Made by a program: the position numbers and the translations under genes. From a virus (Duplodnaviria > Caudoviricetes), in IMG/VR virus record IMGVR_UViG_3300012667_001143, positions 1 to 64,000 of that record: DNA of 64,000 nt. One strand, 5' to 3'. The notes below the pieces were generated by a model, which saw only the letters and a list, made by a program, of their open reading frames with translations, had not been told where the DNA came from and did not search any database. Below are positions 10,617 to 19,401 of this stretch, piece by piece (position 1 is the first letter of the stretch; the number at the start of each line of letters is the position of its first letter).

Positions 10617-10625
10617 AACAAATAT

Positions 10626-11357
10626 ATGAATTTAGGCCCAAATACAGTAAGTGGAACATATCGATATATATTGAATCAAAGTGGTACTTCTATTACTTTG
10701 GGGGACAATAGTACTGTGAATTGGGATGGAGGAGGGGTTGTAACGAAAGCTGGTAGTCAAACAATTAATGGAAGCAAAACTTTTTCATCTATATTAACTG
10801 CGACAAATCAGGTCTCATTAGGCAGTAATTCGTCAGCGTCTAACATTTTTGGAAGAAATGCTTTAGTAAACGAATTCGCATATACTGCTAGTTTTAATTC
10901 ATTTGGAGATGCCGCGATTGAGAATTATTTTGGAGAATCTTCTAGCTATAATGCTTTTGGACACGATAGCATTTCAAATGATTTTGGAACTCATTACTCT
11001 TTTAATATAGATACGTCTAATAGTTTTGGAAGACGTGCTGGATCAAATTCATTTGCGGAGGAGGCTGGTGATAATTTTTTTGGAAGACAATCTATTTACA
11101 ACGAATTTGGATCAACGGCTAGTGAAAATCATTTTGGAAAAGAAGCATCTTTAAATACTTTTGGATCTACAACTGGAGTAAATTCTTGCGTTGGAACATT
11201 TATTATTCAAGATACTGGAAGAATTAGATTGGCTGATTTTAATGGCCCATCATCTCAAACTGGACTTAGAGGAGAAGCAAGAGTTAGTGGTGCATTTCTC
11301 TATGTATGTACTGGAGCAACTTCTGGTTGGGGTAGAATTCTGCTTGGAACATTTTAA
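10626..11357 (+). CDS. Small tail fibre/spike-like protein with 9-aa NxFG beta-helix repeats
   Basis: GSQTINGSKTF fibre motif, about 12 N-x-F-(G/A) repeats, C-terminal G..GE.R....LYVC....W.R cap. Confidence 0.55.
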   Translation: MNLGPNTVSGTYRYILNQSGTSITLGDNSTVNWDGGGVVTKAGSQTINGSKTFSSILTATNQVSLGSNSSASNIFGRNALVNEFAYTASFNSFGDAAIENYFGESSSYNAFGHDSISNDFGTHYSFNIDTSNSFGRRAGSNSFAEEAGDNFFGRQSIYNEFGSTASENHFGKEASLNTFGSTTGVNSCVGTFIIQDTGRIRLADFNGPSSQTGLRGEARVSGAFLYVCTGATSGWGRILLGTF

Positions 11358-11368
11358 TATAAAATCAT

Positions 11369-11659
11369 ATGCCTATCACAAACACACAACCAATCACTGT
11401 ACCAGCTTCTTCAGAAAAAACCTTCGATTCTATATGGATCAAAAGAGTTATAATTAATACTCCAACACCATCTGGTAGATCATTTGCTGAAATTTTAGTA
11501 TGCCCATACTCAACGCAAGATCAATCTATTTATGAGGGTCAGCAGAAAAGATTAGAAATTCCAAACATTCTCGAAAAAGCTCAAACTAATCCAAAAATCG
11601 CGGCAGCAATGCAAGCAATTATAGAAGCTGTTGATTCAATTATAAACGAGCAGCCATAA
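11369..11659 (+). CDS. Hypothetical protein (possible fibre assembly chaperone)
   Basis: 96-aa ORF after the fibre gene and before a terminator. Confidence 0.45.
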   Translation: MPITNTQPITVPASSEKTFDSIWIKRVIINTPTPSGRSFAEILVCPYSTQDQSIYEGQQKRLEIPNILEKAQTNPKIAAAMQAIIEAVDSIINEQP

Positions 11660-11663
11660 AAGT

Positions 11664-11690
11664 AAAAAACCCTCCAAATGGAGGGTTTTT
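11664..11690. terminator. Bidirectional intrinsic terminator
   Basis: AAAAAACCCTCC-AAAT-GGAGGGTTTTT hairpin between convergent genes. Confidence 0.85.
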
Positions 11691-11691
11691 A

Positions 11692-12087
11692 TTACTTCTT
11701 CCCGAAGTCTACTTTGATTTTATTGTTCTCAAATGTTTTCATTTGATCTGGATGTTTAGCTCCTCTTCGTTTGGCGGAATAGTCCGAGAAGTACTTCTCT
11801 TTAATTGGATCTTTTCCACCAGCAAGCGAGGCTCTTTTATCGCTCATTTCAGCGCTCCTATCAAGGAGGTCTCCATATGTTCCTTTTTTGTTTTGGGTTT
11901 TATCAACGAATTGCTTCGAACTAAAAGGATCAACTTGAGAATCAATAGAGGCATTTGGAACAGTAAAAACACGCTTCCAACAATCTTCATCTCCAGAGAC
12001 GCCTGAATACTGATGAACATCGTTCATACCTTGGAAGATTTCAACGTACTCGTCAGTTTCGGTGTTATGATAAATATAAACTGGCAT
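11692..12087 (-). CDS. FmdB-family-like small protein (zinc-ribbon Cys residues mostly lost)
   Basis: MPVYIYHN..EYVEIFQGM..WKRVF pattern. Confidence 0.55.
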   Translation of the reverse strand: MPVYIYHNTETDEYVEIFQGMNDVHQYSGVSGDEDCWKRVFTVPNASIDSQVDPFSSKQFVDKTQNKKGTYGDLLDRSAEMSDKRASLAGGKDPIKEKYFSDYSAKRRGAKHPDQMKTFENNKIKVDFGKK

Positions 12088-12088
12088 T

Positions 12089-13162
12089 TTAATAAGAAGC
12101 TAATATATAATTAACAGTATTTGAATATGTCAAACTCTTTCCAAGAGCGACACCAGAAGCATTTAAAGATTTGGCTTTAGAAGCAGCGGTTTCCATTGCA
12201 GAAACAACATTTTCCTCATTCCAATCAAACATAATTCCTTGATTGTATTCAGATCCCTTAGAAAAGAAGAAGTTATCATAAATCGGGATTTCTCCAGAAG
12301 GTTCAATCAACAAACAATTGTCTTGATTTGCCCAATCCTTATGAGAAGTAGCATTTAGAACGATGCTCCACTTACCCAAGCAAGTAGCGTTGAAGCTTGG
12401 AAGATTCCATCCTTCTGCGCCACTAAGACCAGTAAGATCGATATCAATCGCATTCAAGAATTCATTAACCTCAGAGTTCTTCTTTAGATAAGGAAGGAAG
12501 TTAATGTTTGTATATCTCTTTCCATCAAGAACAGAAGCAATGACTGCTTGCATCTGCTCTGGCTTGAAAAATGGATTCGTAATGCAGCAAGAAAGTTGAT
12601 AACGATTATCATTGCCAAAGCGCTTGAGCCACGCCTTGATAATTTTTTCAGTATGCTTTCTTTTTTCAAACTTCCCCATCAAACCAAAATGAACGACACC
12701 TTCTAGGTAAGTCTTAGAAGTTCTGCCAAAATCCTGATCGAACCCCATAGGAACAAAATGACAATTGTCGCATCCACTCTGTTCGAATAAAGACTTAGCG
12801 TAATTTGAGCTAAAGAGAGTTGCATCCTGAGACTTGCAGACAGAAATCTCTTGAGCTGTAGGTTCGCTTGTTTCATAAAAAGTTAAAAGATTTTGACGAT
12901 TAGACTTCCGATTTTCACCACCGTTCAAATGCCATAGTTTAAAAGATGGAGCTTTTGATGCCAAAATATCCCAACGCTTATTAATAGCTTGCTGAAGCCA
13001 TGAGGAAAATTGATCATCTTTTTCATACGCCGAAAGATCAACATTTCCAGTAGGAAACAAGCCAACTTCAATATCCCTCTTTGAGAATTCGCGAAGGATA
13101 TTGTAAGCGACATTCCCGAAACTCAGGGAATTTAATGGAGCTTCAACAATAAGATTTTTCAT
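12089..13162 (-). CDS. Glycosyltransferase (GT-B, GT4-like)
   Basis: GKFEKRKH, LSGAEGWNLPSFNATCLGK (EGFxLP-like) motifs. Confidence 0.8.
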   Translation of the reverse strand: MKNLIVEAPLNSLSFGNVAYNILREFSKRDIEVGLFPTGNVDLSAYEKDDQFSSWLQQAINKRWDILASKAPSFKLWHLNGGENRKSNRQNLLTFYETSEPTAQEISVCKSQDATLFSSNYAKSLFEQSGCDNCHFVPMGFDQDFGRTSKTYLEGVVHFGLMGKFEKRKHTEKIIKAWLKRFGNDNRYQLSCCITNPFFKPEQMQAVIASVLDGKRYTNINFLPYLKKNSEVNEFLNAIDIDLTGLSGAEGWNLPSFNATCLGKWSIVLNATSHKDWANQDNCLLIEPSGEIPIYDNFFFSKGSEYNQGIMFDWNEENVVSAMETAASKAKSLNASGVALGKSLTYSNTVNYILASY

Positions 13163-13545
13163 CAGAAAGGAATGTCTTCGTCGGCATCATCAGAATCAAC
13201 GCTGTTCGATGCTGGAGCAGATGCGGTCTTTTCTTGCTTTTGACCTCCGCTAAGGAACTTGACTTTATTTGCCTTGATAAAGTTCTTGCTTTGAGTGGAA
13301 CCATCCTTGCCAGTCCAGCTAGACATTGAAAGTTCTCCTTCAACTAGAGCTTCACGACCCTTAACTAGATACTTTTGGCAGACTTCCGCTGTTCTCTCCC
13401 AAGTTTCAACGTCGATAAAGCATTTGTTCTTTGCTTGTCCTTCAGAAATGCAGATTCTGAATGTACAGATTGCCTTTCCAGTGGAAGTAGTGCGAGTTTC
13501 TGGATCTTTTACAAGATGACCGAGTGCGATAATTGTGTTATACAT
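13162..13545 (-). CDS. ssb: Single-stranded DNA-binding protein
   Basis: MYNTIIALGHLVKDPETR..KG..ALVEGEL OB fold; acidic tail ending DEDIPF. Start reassigned to ATG 13545. Confidence 0.93.
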   Translation of the reverse strand: MYNTIIALGHLVKDPETRTTSTGKAICTFRICISEGQAKNKCFIDVETWERTAEVCQKYLVKGREALVEGELSMSSWTGKDGSTQSKNFIKANKVKFLSGGQKQEKTASAPASNSVDSDDADEDIPF

Positions 13546-14107
13546 TTTTAATTTCGTTTTTTGCTTTATTAATGAACTTGTTGTGAATATCAATACAACC
13601 TTGAATACTCATGTTGAGTTCGTTGGAAATCTCTTTCCATGAATGAGGCTTATTGTAACCGAAACAATACCTCATGTCAATAATCTTTTTCACTCTTGAG
13701 TCTGGATTTTTTTTAGCCATCTCAAGTACATTTTTAATAATTTCATTGGATTGAATTTCAACTAAAAAATCTTCATGGCTAGATTTCTCCTTGAGTGAAT
13801 CGCTCAGTGGTTCTTCTATCATTTTTTTATTTTTATTATAAAGATTCAAGCACCTCCAGCGAGTTTCGTTTGCAAGATAAGTTGGGAACTTGGTGTTTCT
13901 ATCTGGCTGATATTTTAAAGCTGCTGTATAGATATAATAGTCCTTATCCATAAGTATCTCATTTTTATTCATAAAGACACAAGAGTCTGAGACTGTCTTA
14001 TTGACCATATCAAGATAAATGCCAGAATGTCTATTGATAAGCTCTTTTAGACTATCGCTATCATTATCATCTTTTATTTTATTTATAAGGGATAAGTCTG
14101 TGTCCAT
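13538..14107 (-). CDS. Phage RNA polymerase sigma factor (sigma70 regions 2 and 4)
   Basis: LKELINRH..AALKYQPDRNTKFPTYL (region 2); IIDMRY..SWKEISNELNMS (region 4 HTH). Confidence 0.8.
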   Translation of the reverse strand: MDTDLSLINKIKDDNDSDSLKELINRHSGIYLDMVNKTVSDSCVFMNKNEILMDKDYYIYTAALKYQPDRNTKFPTYLANETRWRCLNLYNKNKKMIEEPLSDSLKEKSSHEDFLVEIQSNEIIKNVLEMAKKNPDSRVKKIIDMRYCFGYNKPHSWKEISNELNMSIQGCIDIHNKFINKAKNEIKNV

Positions 14108-14670
14108 GATTTTATTTCTTCTTCAGAAGCGAGCTTAATAAGAGTTTCATAAGCAACAGCAGTGAGCCAATCTAAGTTATCAACAGTGTTCCAAGACAAT
14201 TGGAAATCAGAACGATTAATCAGAGATTGATTATTTTCTTTTTCTGTTTCATTCGCTGGCGGAACTACAGATCCATCTTTAAGCTGCCTGCTAATAAAGA
14301 CAGAATAACCTTCTTTCTCTTTCAGCCAGTCCATTTCGTTTTCGAATCGAACATCAGTGATGATATTCACACAATCATCCTGCAATTGCTTCTCAACACT
14401 CTCAATCCAAATATTCGGATTCTGCTTACGACGAACTTCAGTTCCCCAAGTAACCAAGAACGGACGAATAATCTTCTTTTCTTCGTCGTCTTGAGTAAAC
14501 GCATCGATTCCAATAGTTTGCCGCAAAAAGTCTCTCACCTCCAACTTCAATTGATTGGCGAAAGACATCTTCTTGGCTTTGATGCCATTTTGATTCAAGA
14601 TATCAATCAAGCAATCAGCGAATGTGTCTTTTCCGCTTCTAGCGGCTCCAGAGATTCCAATAATTTTCAT
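14083..14670 (-). CDS. Deoxynucleoside monophosphate kinase
   Basis: IIGISGAARSGKDT P-loop, SFA..LK, WGTEVRR, IITDVRFENE. Confidence 0.88.
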   Translation of the reverse strand: MKIIGISGAARSGKDTFADCLIDILNQNGIKAKKMSFANQLKLEVRDFLRQTIGIDAFTQDDEEKKIIRPFLVTWGTEVRRKQNPNIWIESVEKQLQDDCVNIITDVRFENEMDWLKEKEGYSVFISRQLKDGSVVPPANETEKENNQSLINRSDFQLSWNTVDNLDWLTAVAYETLIKLASEEEIKSWTQTYPL

Positions 14671-15173
14671 ACTTGTGTAGATCCAAAGCCTCCAGTGTTT
14701 CTAGTTGTTTCAGCAAAAGAATCAACAATATTTAATTCAGGTTCAAGAGTTTTAGCGAAAACTAACTGACCGATTCTATCACCTTTCTTATAGATCTTCG
14801 ATTCATCGATCTGAACTAAGAGTCTGTTGTTGATAGACACATAATCGTCGGGTTGAGCGATATACTTATATCTAAACTTAATAGTGCCACGATACTTATT
14901 ATCGATAAGTCCGATACTATTAGCCATAACCAAGTTAGTCTTAGAAATAGAAGATCTTGGAAAAGCAAGAGTATGATATCCTACTTCTGGCTCGATAATA
15001 ACATCTGTATCATATTCTATATAATCGATAGAACTATAATAGATACCAAGCTGCTTCTTGCCAACTATAATTGGATCTGACGAAGCGATAATATCATATC
15101 CAGCGTCACCTTCGTGTTGCGGCTTCAATAAGCCGCTTAAGTTATTTAAGTTTAAGTTATTCATCTTGATCAA
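14667..15173 (-). CDS. dut: dUTPase (trimeric)
   Basis: GDAGYD, PRSS, GLIDNKYRG, GDRIGQL, RNTGGFGST motifs. Confidence 0.95.
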   Translation of the reverse strand: MIKMNNLNLNNLSGLLKPQHEGDAGYDIIASSDPIIVGKKQLGIYYSSIDYIEYDTDVIIEPEVGYHTLAFPRSSISKTNLVMANSIGLIDNKYRGTIKFRYKYIAQPDDYVSINNRLLVQIDESKIYKKGDRIGQLVFAKTLEPELNIVDSFAETTRNTGGFGSTQV

Positions 15174-15438
15174 TATGTTTGATTAAATCAGCAGCATACT
15201 TATGCATTCCGATATCGGCCAAAACAGATGGAGCATAAATCAATCTGGTTTCTGAGAGGTTCTTCTTAATCGGAACTACGGAAATCACAGCTCCAACTGA
15301 AAATTTATCACCGTCTGTGTCCAAGAGTTTTTCCAAAGCTAGTGCGGCAGCATTTTCGTAAGAAATACAATTGTCTATGACGACCTCCCAGTCTGCACTG
15401 GAACACAAAAATGATTGAATGATATCTTCTTCTGGCAT
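15157..15438 (-). CDS. Hypothetical protein
   Basis: 93-aa ORF heading the minus-strand operon, downstream of a sigma70-like promoter. Confidence 0.6.
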   Translation of the reverse strand: MPEEDIIQSFLCSSADWEVVIDNCISYENAAALALEKLLDTDGDKFSVGAVISVVPIKKNLSETRLIYAPSVLADIGMHKYAADLIKHIDQDE

Positions 15439-15447
15439 GTTGAATTA

Positions 15448-15476
15448 TTTATATCACAGATTGCTATGAATGTCAA
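15448..15476 (-). promoter_or_regulatory. sigma70-type promoter
   Basis: Minus strand TTGACA-17 nt-TATAAA, about 10 nt upstream of ATG 15438. Confidence 0.75.
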
Positions 15477-15651
15477 TGATCAAAAAAAATCTGCTATTAA
15501 ATTAATTTTGGAATACTTTTGATTACAAAAACCGATAAAGACAAGAACAACTTCACTTAAAATTAATTTAATCGTATTCGTAGTATATTAATCGTTGTTT
15601 GTTATTGGCTCATCCAAAGTTCTTTGTTTGTAATCGAAAAGCAACTACGTA

Positions 15652-15679
15652 ATCGTAAGGTATTTTTTCTAGTTGTCAA
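15652..15679 (-). promoter_or_regulatory. sigma70-type promoter facing a non-coding stretch
   Basis: Minus strand TTGACA-16 nt-TACGAT. Confidence 0.5.
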
Positions 15680-15731
15680 GAAAAAAATTCGACTAAATTT
15701 TCAATTGCTTTTGGGATTGATATCGACTATC

Positions 15732-15739
15732 GTGTAAAT
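15732..15739 (+). promoter_or_regulatory. GTGTAAAT putative phage promoter motif
   Basis: 9 nt upstream of the nrdB ATG. Confidence 0.55.
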
Positions 15740-15748
15740 CATACTACT

Positions 15749-16720
15749 ATGATTTTTGAAGAACAGATATCGAGAAAACCAAACCATTACCCGTGGACTG
15801 AGGATTTTATTGAGGCAATGCATAATGGATTTTGGACAGACAAAGAATTCTCTTTCAAGTCTGATGTGCAGCAATTTAAGGTGGATCTCTCGGAAAGAGA
15901 TCGCGAAGTGGTCGTCAGAACTCTTTCTGCGATTGGCCAAATCGAAGTGGCAGTGAAGACCTTTTGGGCAAAGCTCGGAGACAATCTTCCTCATCCATCG
16001 CTGCAAGACTTGGGCTACGTAATGGCGAACATTGAAGTCATTCACAATAATGCTTATGAGAGATTGCTTACCGTTTTGGATCTTGAGGATGTCTTCGATC
16101 AAAACCTCAAGCTTGATTGGATTCAGGGAAGAGTGAAGTACCTAAAGAAATATACTCACAGATTCTACAAGGATAGCAAAAAGCAATATCTTTACGCATT
16201 GATTCTTTTTACTCTTTTCGTTGAGAACGTTTCTTTGTTTAGTCAGTTTTACATCATTAATTGGTTCTCTTCTTTCAAAAATGTCTTGAAAGATACCGAT
16301 CAACAGGTAAAATACACGCGCAATGAAGAGTTGATTCATGCTCTTGTTGGAATGAAGATCGTAAACACGATCAGGGAGGAGTATCCAGATCTGATTGATG
16401 ATGAGTTTTCTCAGAGGATTGCTAACGAAGCCAAGGAGGCTTTTGACGCAGAATCTAAGATTATCGATTGGATGGTAAACGGAATTGATGAAAAAGGGTT
16501 GTCCGCTCCAATCTTGAAAGAGTTCGTTAAAAATAGAATTAACGAGTCCCTCGTTCAAATTGGATTTGATAAGGTTTTTGATGTTGATCAGGAACTTATC
16601 GGTGAGACCCTTTGGTTTCAAGAACAGCTGCTTGGAAATAATATGACAGATTTTTTCCATGGTAGACCCGTTGAGTACAGCAAGAAGAATCAATCATTCG
16701 ACGAAGACGATTTATTTTAA
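15749..16720 (+). CDS. nrdB: Ribonucleotide reductase beta subunit (class Id/NrdBi-like)
   Basis: Ferritin-like ligands QIEVAVK, EVIHNNAY, VENVSLFSQF, EELIH. Confidence 0.93.
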   Translation: MIFEEQISRKPNHYPWTEDFIEAMHNGFWTDKEFSFKSDVQQFKVDLSERDREVVVRTLSAIGQIEVAVKTFWAKLGDNLPHPSLQDLGYVMANIEVIHNNAYERLLTVLDLEDVFDQNLKLDWIQGRVKYLKKYTHRFYKDSKKQYLYALILFTLFVENVSLFSQFYIINWFSSFKNVLKDTDQQVKYTRNEELIHALVGMKIVNTIREEYPDLIDDEFSQRIANEAKEAFDAESKIIDWMVNGIDEKGLSAPILKEFVKNRINESLVQIGFDKVFDVDQELIGETLWFQEQLLGNNMTDFFHGRPVEYSKKNQSFDEDDLF

Positions 16721-16721
16721 T

Positions 16722-18374
16722 ATGAGCAAAGATATTTATTGGTTAAACAAGGACTCTAGAAAGTTCCTCGAAAGAGGATACCTTCTTGAAGGTGAAACGG
16801 CAGAAGGTAGAATTCGCGATATTTCGGAGCATGCAGAAGCTTTGCTTGGAATAAAAGGATTCGCTGATAAATTCGAGCGTTACATGCATCTTGGATTTTA
16901 TTCATTGTCTTCTCCTATTTGGTCTAATTTTTCAAGAAAGAGGGGTCTTCCAATTTCTTGTTTCGGAAGTTATATCGAGGATACTCTTGAGTCCATTACT
17001 GGTCACAAGTATTCAGAAGTTTCCATGATGACTAAAGCTGGAGGTGGTACCAGCGCTTATTTTGGTGCGATCCGTGGTAGGGGAGCAGAAATTTCCAGCG
17101 GTGGAAAATCAACAGGATCTGTGCATTTCATGGAGCTTTATGAAAAGCTTATGAATGTTGTTTCCCAAGGAAATGTTCGTCGTGGCAGTTTCGCGGCTTA
17201 TCTTCCCATCGACCATCCAGACATCGAAGAATTCTTAAAAATTCGTGGGGATGGAAACAGCATCCAAGATATGTCTATTGGTGTTTGTGTGTCTAATGAG
17301 TGGATGAAAAAAATGATCGATGGCGACAAAGATTGCCGTAAGATTTGGGGTCTAGTTATTAAAAAGCGGTTTGAAAGTGGATACCCTTATATTTTCTTTT
17401 CTGACAACGCAAATAATCAAGCTCCACAAGTTTATAAGGACAAGGGATTAACTATTCATAATAGCAATCTCTGTAATGAAATTATGCTTTCTAATTCCGC
17501 TGATGAGTCTTTTGTTTGCAACCTTTCATCGCTTAATTTAGAAAAGTGGGAAGATATTGAAAAGACAGATGCTGTAGAAACACTTGTGTTTTTCTTGGAC
17601 GCTGTAATGACTGAGTTTATTGATAAAACAGAGTCTATGCCTTTCATGGATGCTCCTAGAAAATTTGCAATCAATCAACGCGCATTGGGAGTTGGAATTC
17701 TTGGTTGGCACTCTTATCTTCAATCAAAGATGGTTTCATTCGAATCTATGGATGCCAAGATTGAAAACATTAGTATCTGGAAAACTATTAGAGAGCGTTG
17801 CGACAAAGCTAGTGAATACCTTGCTTCTCTATTTGGCGAAGCTCCGCTTCTTGAAGGATACGGCAGAAGAAACTCAACAACTATTGCTGTTGCTCCAACC
17901 ACTTCGAGTTCGTTTATTCTTGGGCAAGTGTCTCCATCTATTGAGCCACTTAACAGCAATTACTTTGTAAAAGACTTGGCGAAGGGTAAGTTCACTTATC
18001 GTAATCCACATCTTGAAAAACTGTTAGACTCTAAGGGTAAAAATGATCAAGAAACATGGATGAAGATTCTTGTTAGCGGCGGAAGCGTTCAGTCTCTTGA
18101 TTTTCTTTCTGAAGAAGAAAAAGATGTATTCAAGACATTCGGGGAGATTTCTCAAAAAGAGATTATTATTCAAGCGGCTCAACGTCAAAAGTATATTGAT
18201 CAAGGCCAAAGCTTAAATATCATGGTTCCTCCAATGGCAAAACCAAAAGATGTGAATGAGTTAATGATCTTTGCTTGGGAAAATGGAATCAAGGGTTTGT
18301 ATTATCAACGCAGTGCAAATCCAGCTCAAGAGCTTGCAAGATCAATTCTTTCATGTAAAAGTTGCGAAGCTTAA
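16722..18374 (+). CDS. nrdA: Ribonucleotide reductase alpha subunit (no ATP cone)
   Basis: PISCF, SNLCNEI, VCNLSSLNL, APTTSSS, GLYYQRS, C-terminal CKSCEA. Start at MSKDIYW. Confidence 0.95.
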   Translation: MSKDIYWLNKDSRKFLERGYLLEGETAEGRIRDISEHAEALLGIKGFADKFERYMHLGFYSLSSPIWSNFSRKRGLPISCFGSYIEDTLESITGHKYSEVSMMTKAGGGTSAYFGAIRGRGAEISSGGKSTGSVHFMELYEKLMNVVSQGNVRRGSFAAYLPIDHPDIEEFLKIRGDGNSIQDMSIGVCVSNEWMKKMIDGDKDCRKIWGLVIKKRFESGYPYIFFSDNANNQAPQVYKDKGLTIHNSNLCNEIMLSNSADESFVCNLSSLNLEKWEDIEKTDAVETLVFFLDAVMTEFIDKTESMPFMDAPRKFAINQRALGVGILGWHSYLQSKMVSFESMDAKIENISIWKTIRERCDKASEYLASLFGEAPLLEGYGRRNSTTIAVAPTTSSSFILGQVSPSIEPLNSNYFVKDLAKGKFTYRNPHLEKLLDSKGKNDQETWMKILVSGGSVQSLDFLSEEEKDVFKTFGEISQKEIIIQAAQRQKYIDQGQSLNIMVPPMAKPKDVNELMIFAWENGIKGLYYQRSANPAQELARSILSCKSCEA

Positions 18375-18381
18375 TTTTTTA

Positions 18382-18389
18382 GTGTAATA
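18382..18389 (+). promoter_or_regulatory. GTGTAATA putative phage promoter motif
   Basis: Intergenic, 17 nt upstream of ATG 18407. Confidence 0.55.
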
Positions 18390-18406
18390 AAATATACAAC
18401 ATATTT

Positions 18407-19381
18407 ATGGAAATCGACTTCTCCGAAAGAATTAAGCAATTGTTTGACGCTTCTGAAGCAGCAGAAAGATCAGGACCAAAAAGCGCTGCTCAAACGCCAG
18501 CGCCGAAAGAAGATCAAAGAAAAGGATCTTCAAAAAATCCTAAAGGTTCTGCTGGAGAAGATGGTGGCAAGATAGAGTTTTCTGAAAAGATTGTTAATTC
18601 TTTAGAAGAGAAAGTCAGATCCCATAATGAAAAGTACGATAAAAAAGTCTCACTATCTCAGTTGAAGAAAATTTATAGAAGAGGTTTGGGGGCTTTTTCC
18701 TCTTCTCATCGCCCAGGTCAAACCAGAGGAAGCTGGGCGATGGCTCGCGTTAACATGTTCTTAAAAATGGTTCGCGGCGGCAAAGTTAAAGACTCCTATC
18801 GAGCAGCAGATCAAGATGTTGCTTCTGGAAGCGAGCTTTACTATGAGCAAAAAGCAGAAGATGTTTTTTGGGAATTTGATTCTATTGATTTTGATCTAGC
18901 AAGAATCGATCTAATCAAAGCTAATGTGGATCTTCATGAAGAGGCTAATATCGACTTATTTGATATCGAATATTCAGAAGCGGAAAAGAAGACGTTAAAT
19001 AAGCCCTTCAGGCTTCCCAGCGGCTCCAAAAAGAAGTTCGGTGTATATGTCAAGAACGACAAGGGAAACACCGTGATGGTTAAATTTGGAGATCCAAATA
19101 TGGAGATCAGAAGAGACGATCCAGATCGTCGTCGTAACTTTAGAGCTAGACATCAGTGCGATACTAATGTCGGACCAAAGTGGAAAGCTAGATATTGGAG
19201 CTGTAAGTTTTGGAGCAAGAAGCCTGTTTCATCTATGGCTTCAGAAGATTTTCTTTTGAGTGATGATGATGGCATGGACTGGGATTGGGATGATTCTACA
19301 TTCGTAGAGCAAGATGATATTTTTGCCGCTGATCCAGAATTGAAAAATATTGAAATTGAGATTGAAGAAGAGGATCTGTAA
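18407..19381 (+). CDS. Conserved viral protein with two basic domains and acidic linkers (possible head/core protein)
   Basis: LKKIYRRGLGAFSSSHRPG..WAMARVN and KKFGVYV..VKFGDPNM..RRRNFRARH.C..ARYWSCKFW domains recognisable from phage and giant-virus hypotheticals. Confidence 0.55.
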   Translation: MEIDFSERIKQLFDASEAAERSGPKSAAQTPAPKEDQRKGSSKNPKGSAGEDGGKIEFSEKIVNSLEEKVRSHNEKYDKKVSLSQLKKIYRRGLGAFSSSHRPGQTRGSWAMARVNMFLKMVRGGKVKDSYRAADQDVASGSELYYEQKAEDVFWEFDSIDFDLARIDLIKANVDLHEEANIDLFDIEYSEAEKKTLNKPFRLPSGSKKKFGVYVKNDKGNTVMVKFGDPNMEIRRDDPDRRRNFRARHQCDTNVGPKWKARYWSCKFWSKKPVSSMASEDFLLSDDDGMDWDWDDSTFVEQDDIFAADPELKNIEIEIEEEDL

Positions 19382-19401
19382 GTTTATAATCATGCATTCG
19401 C

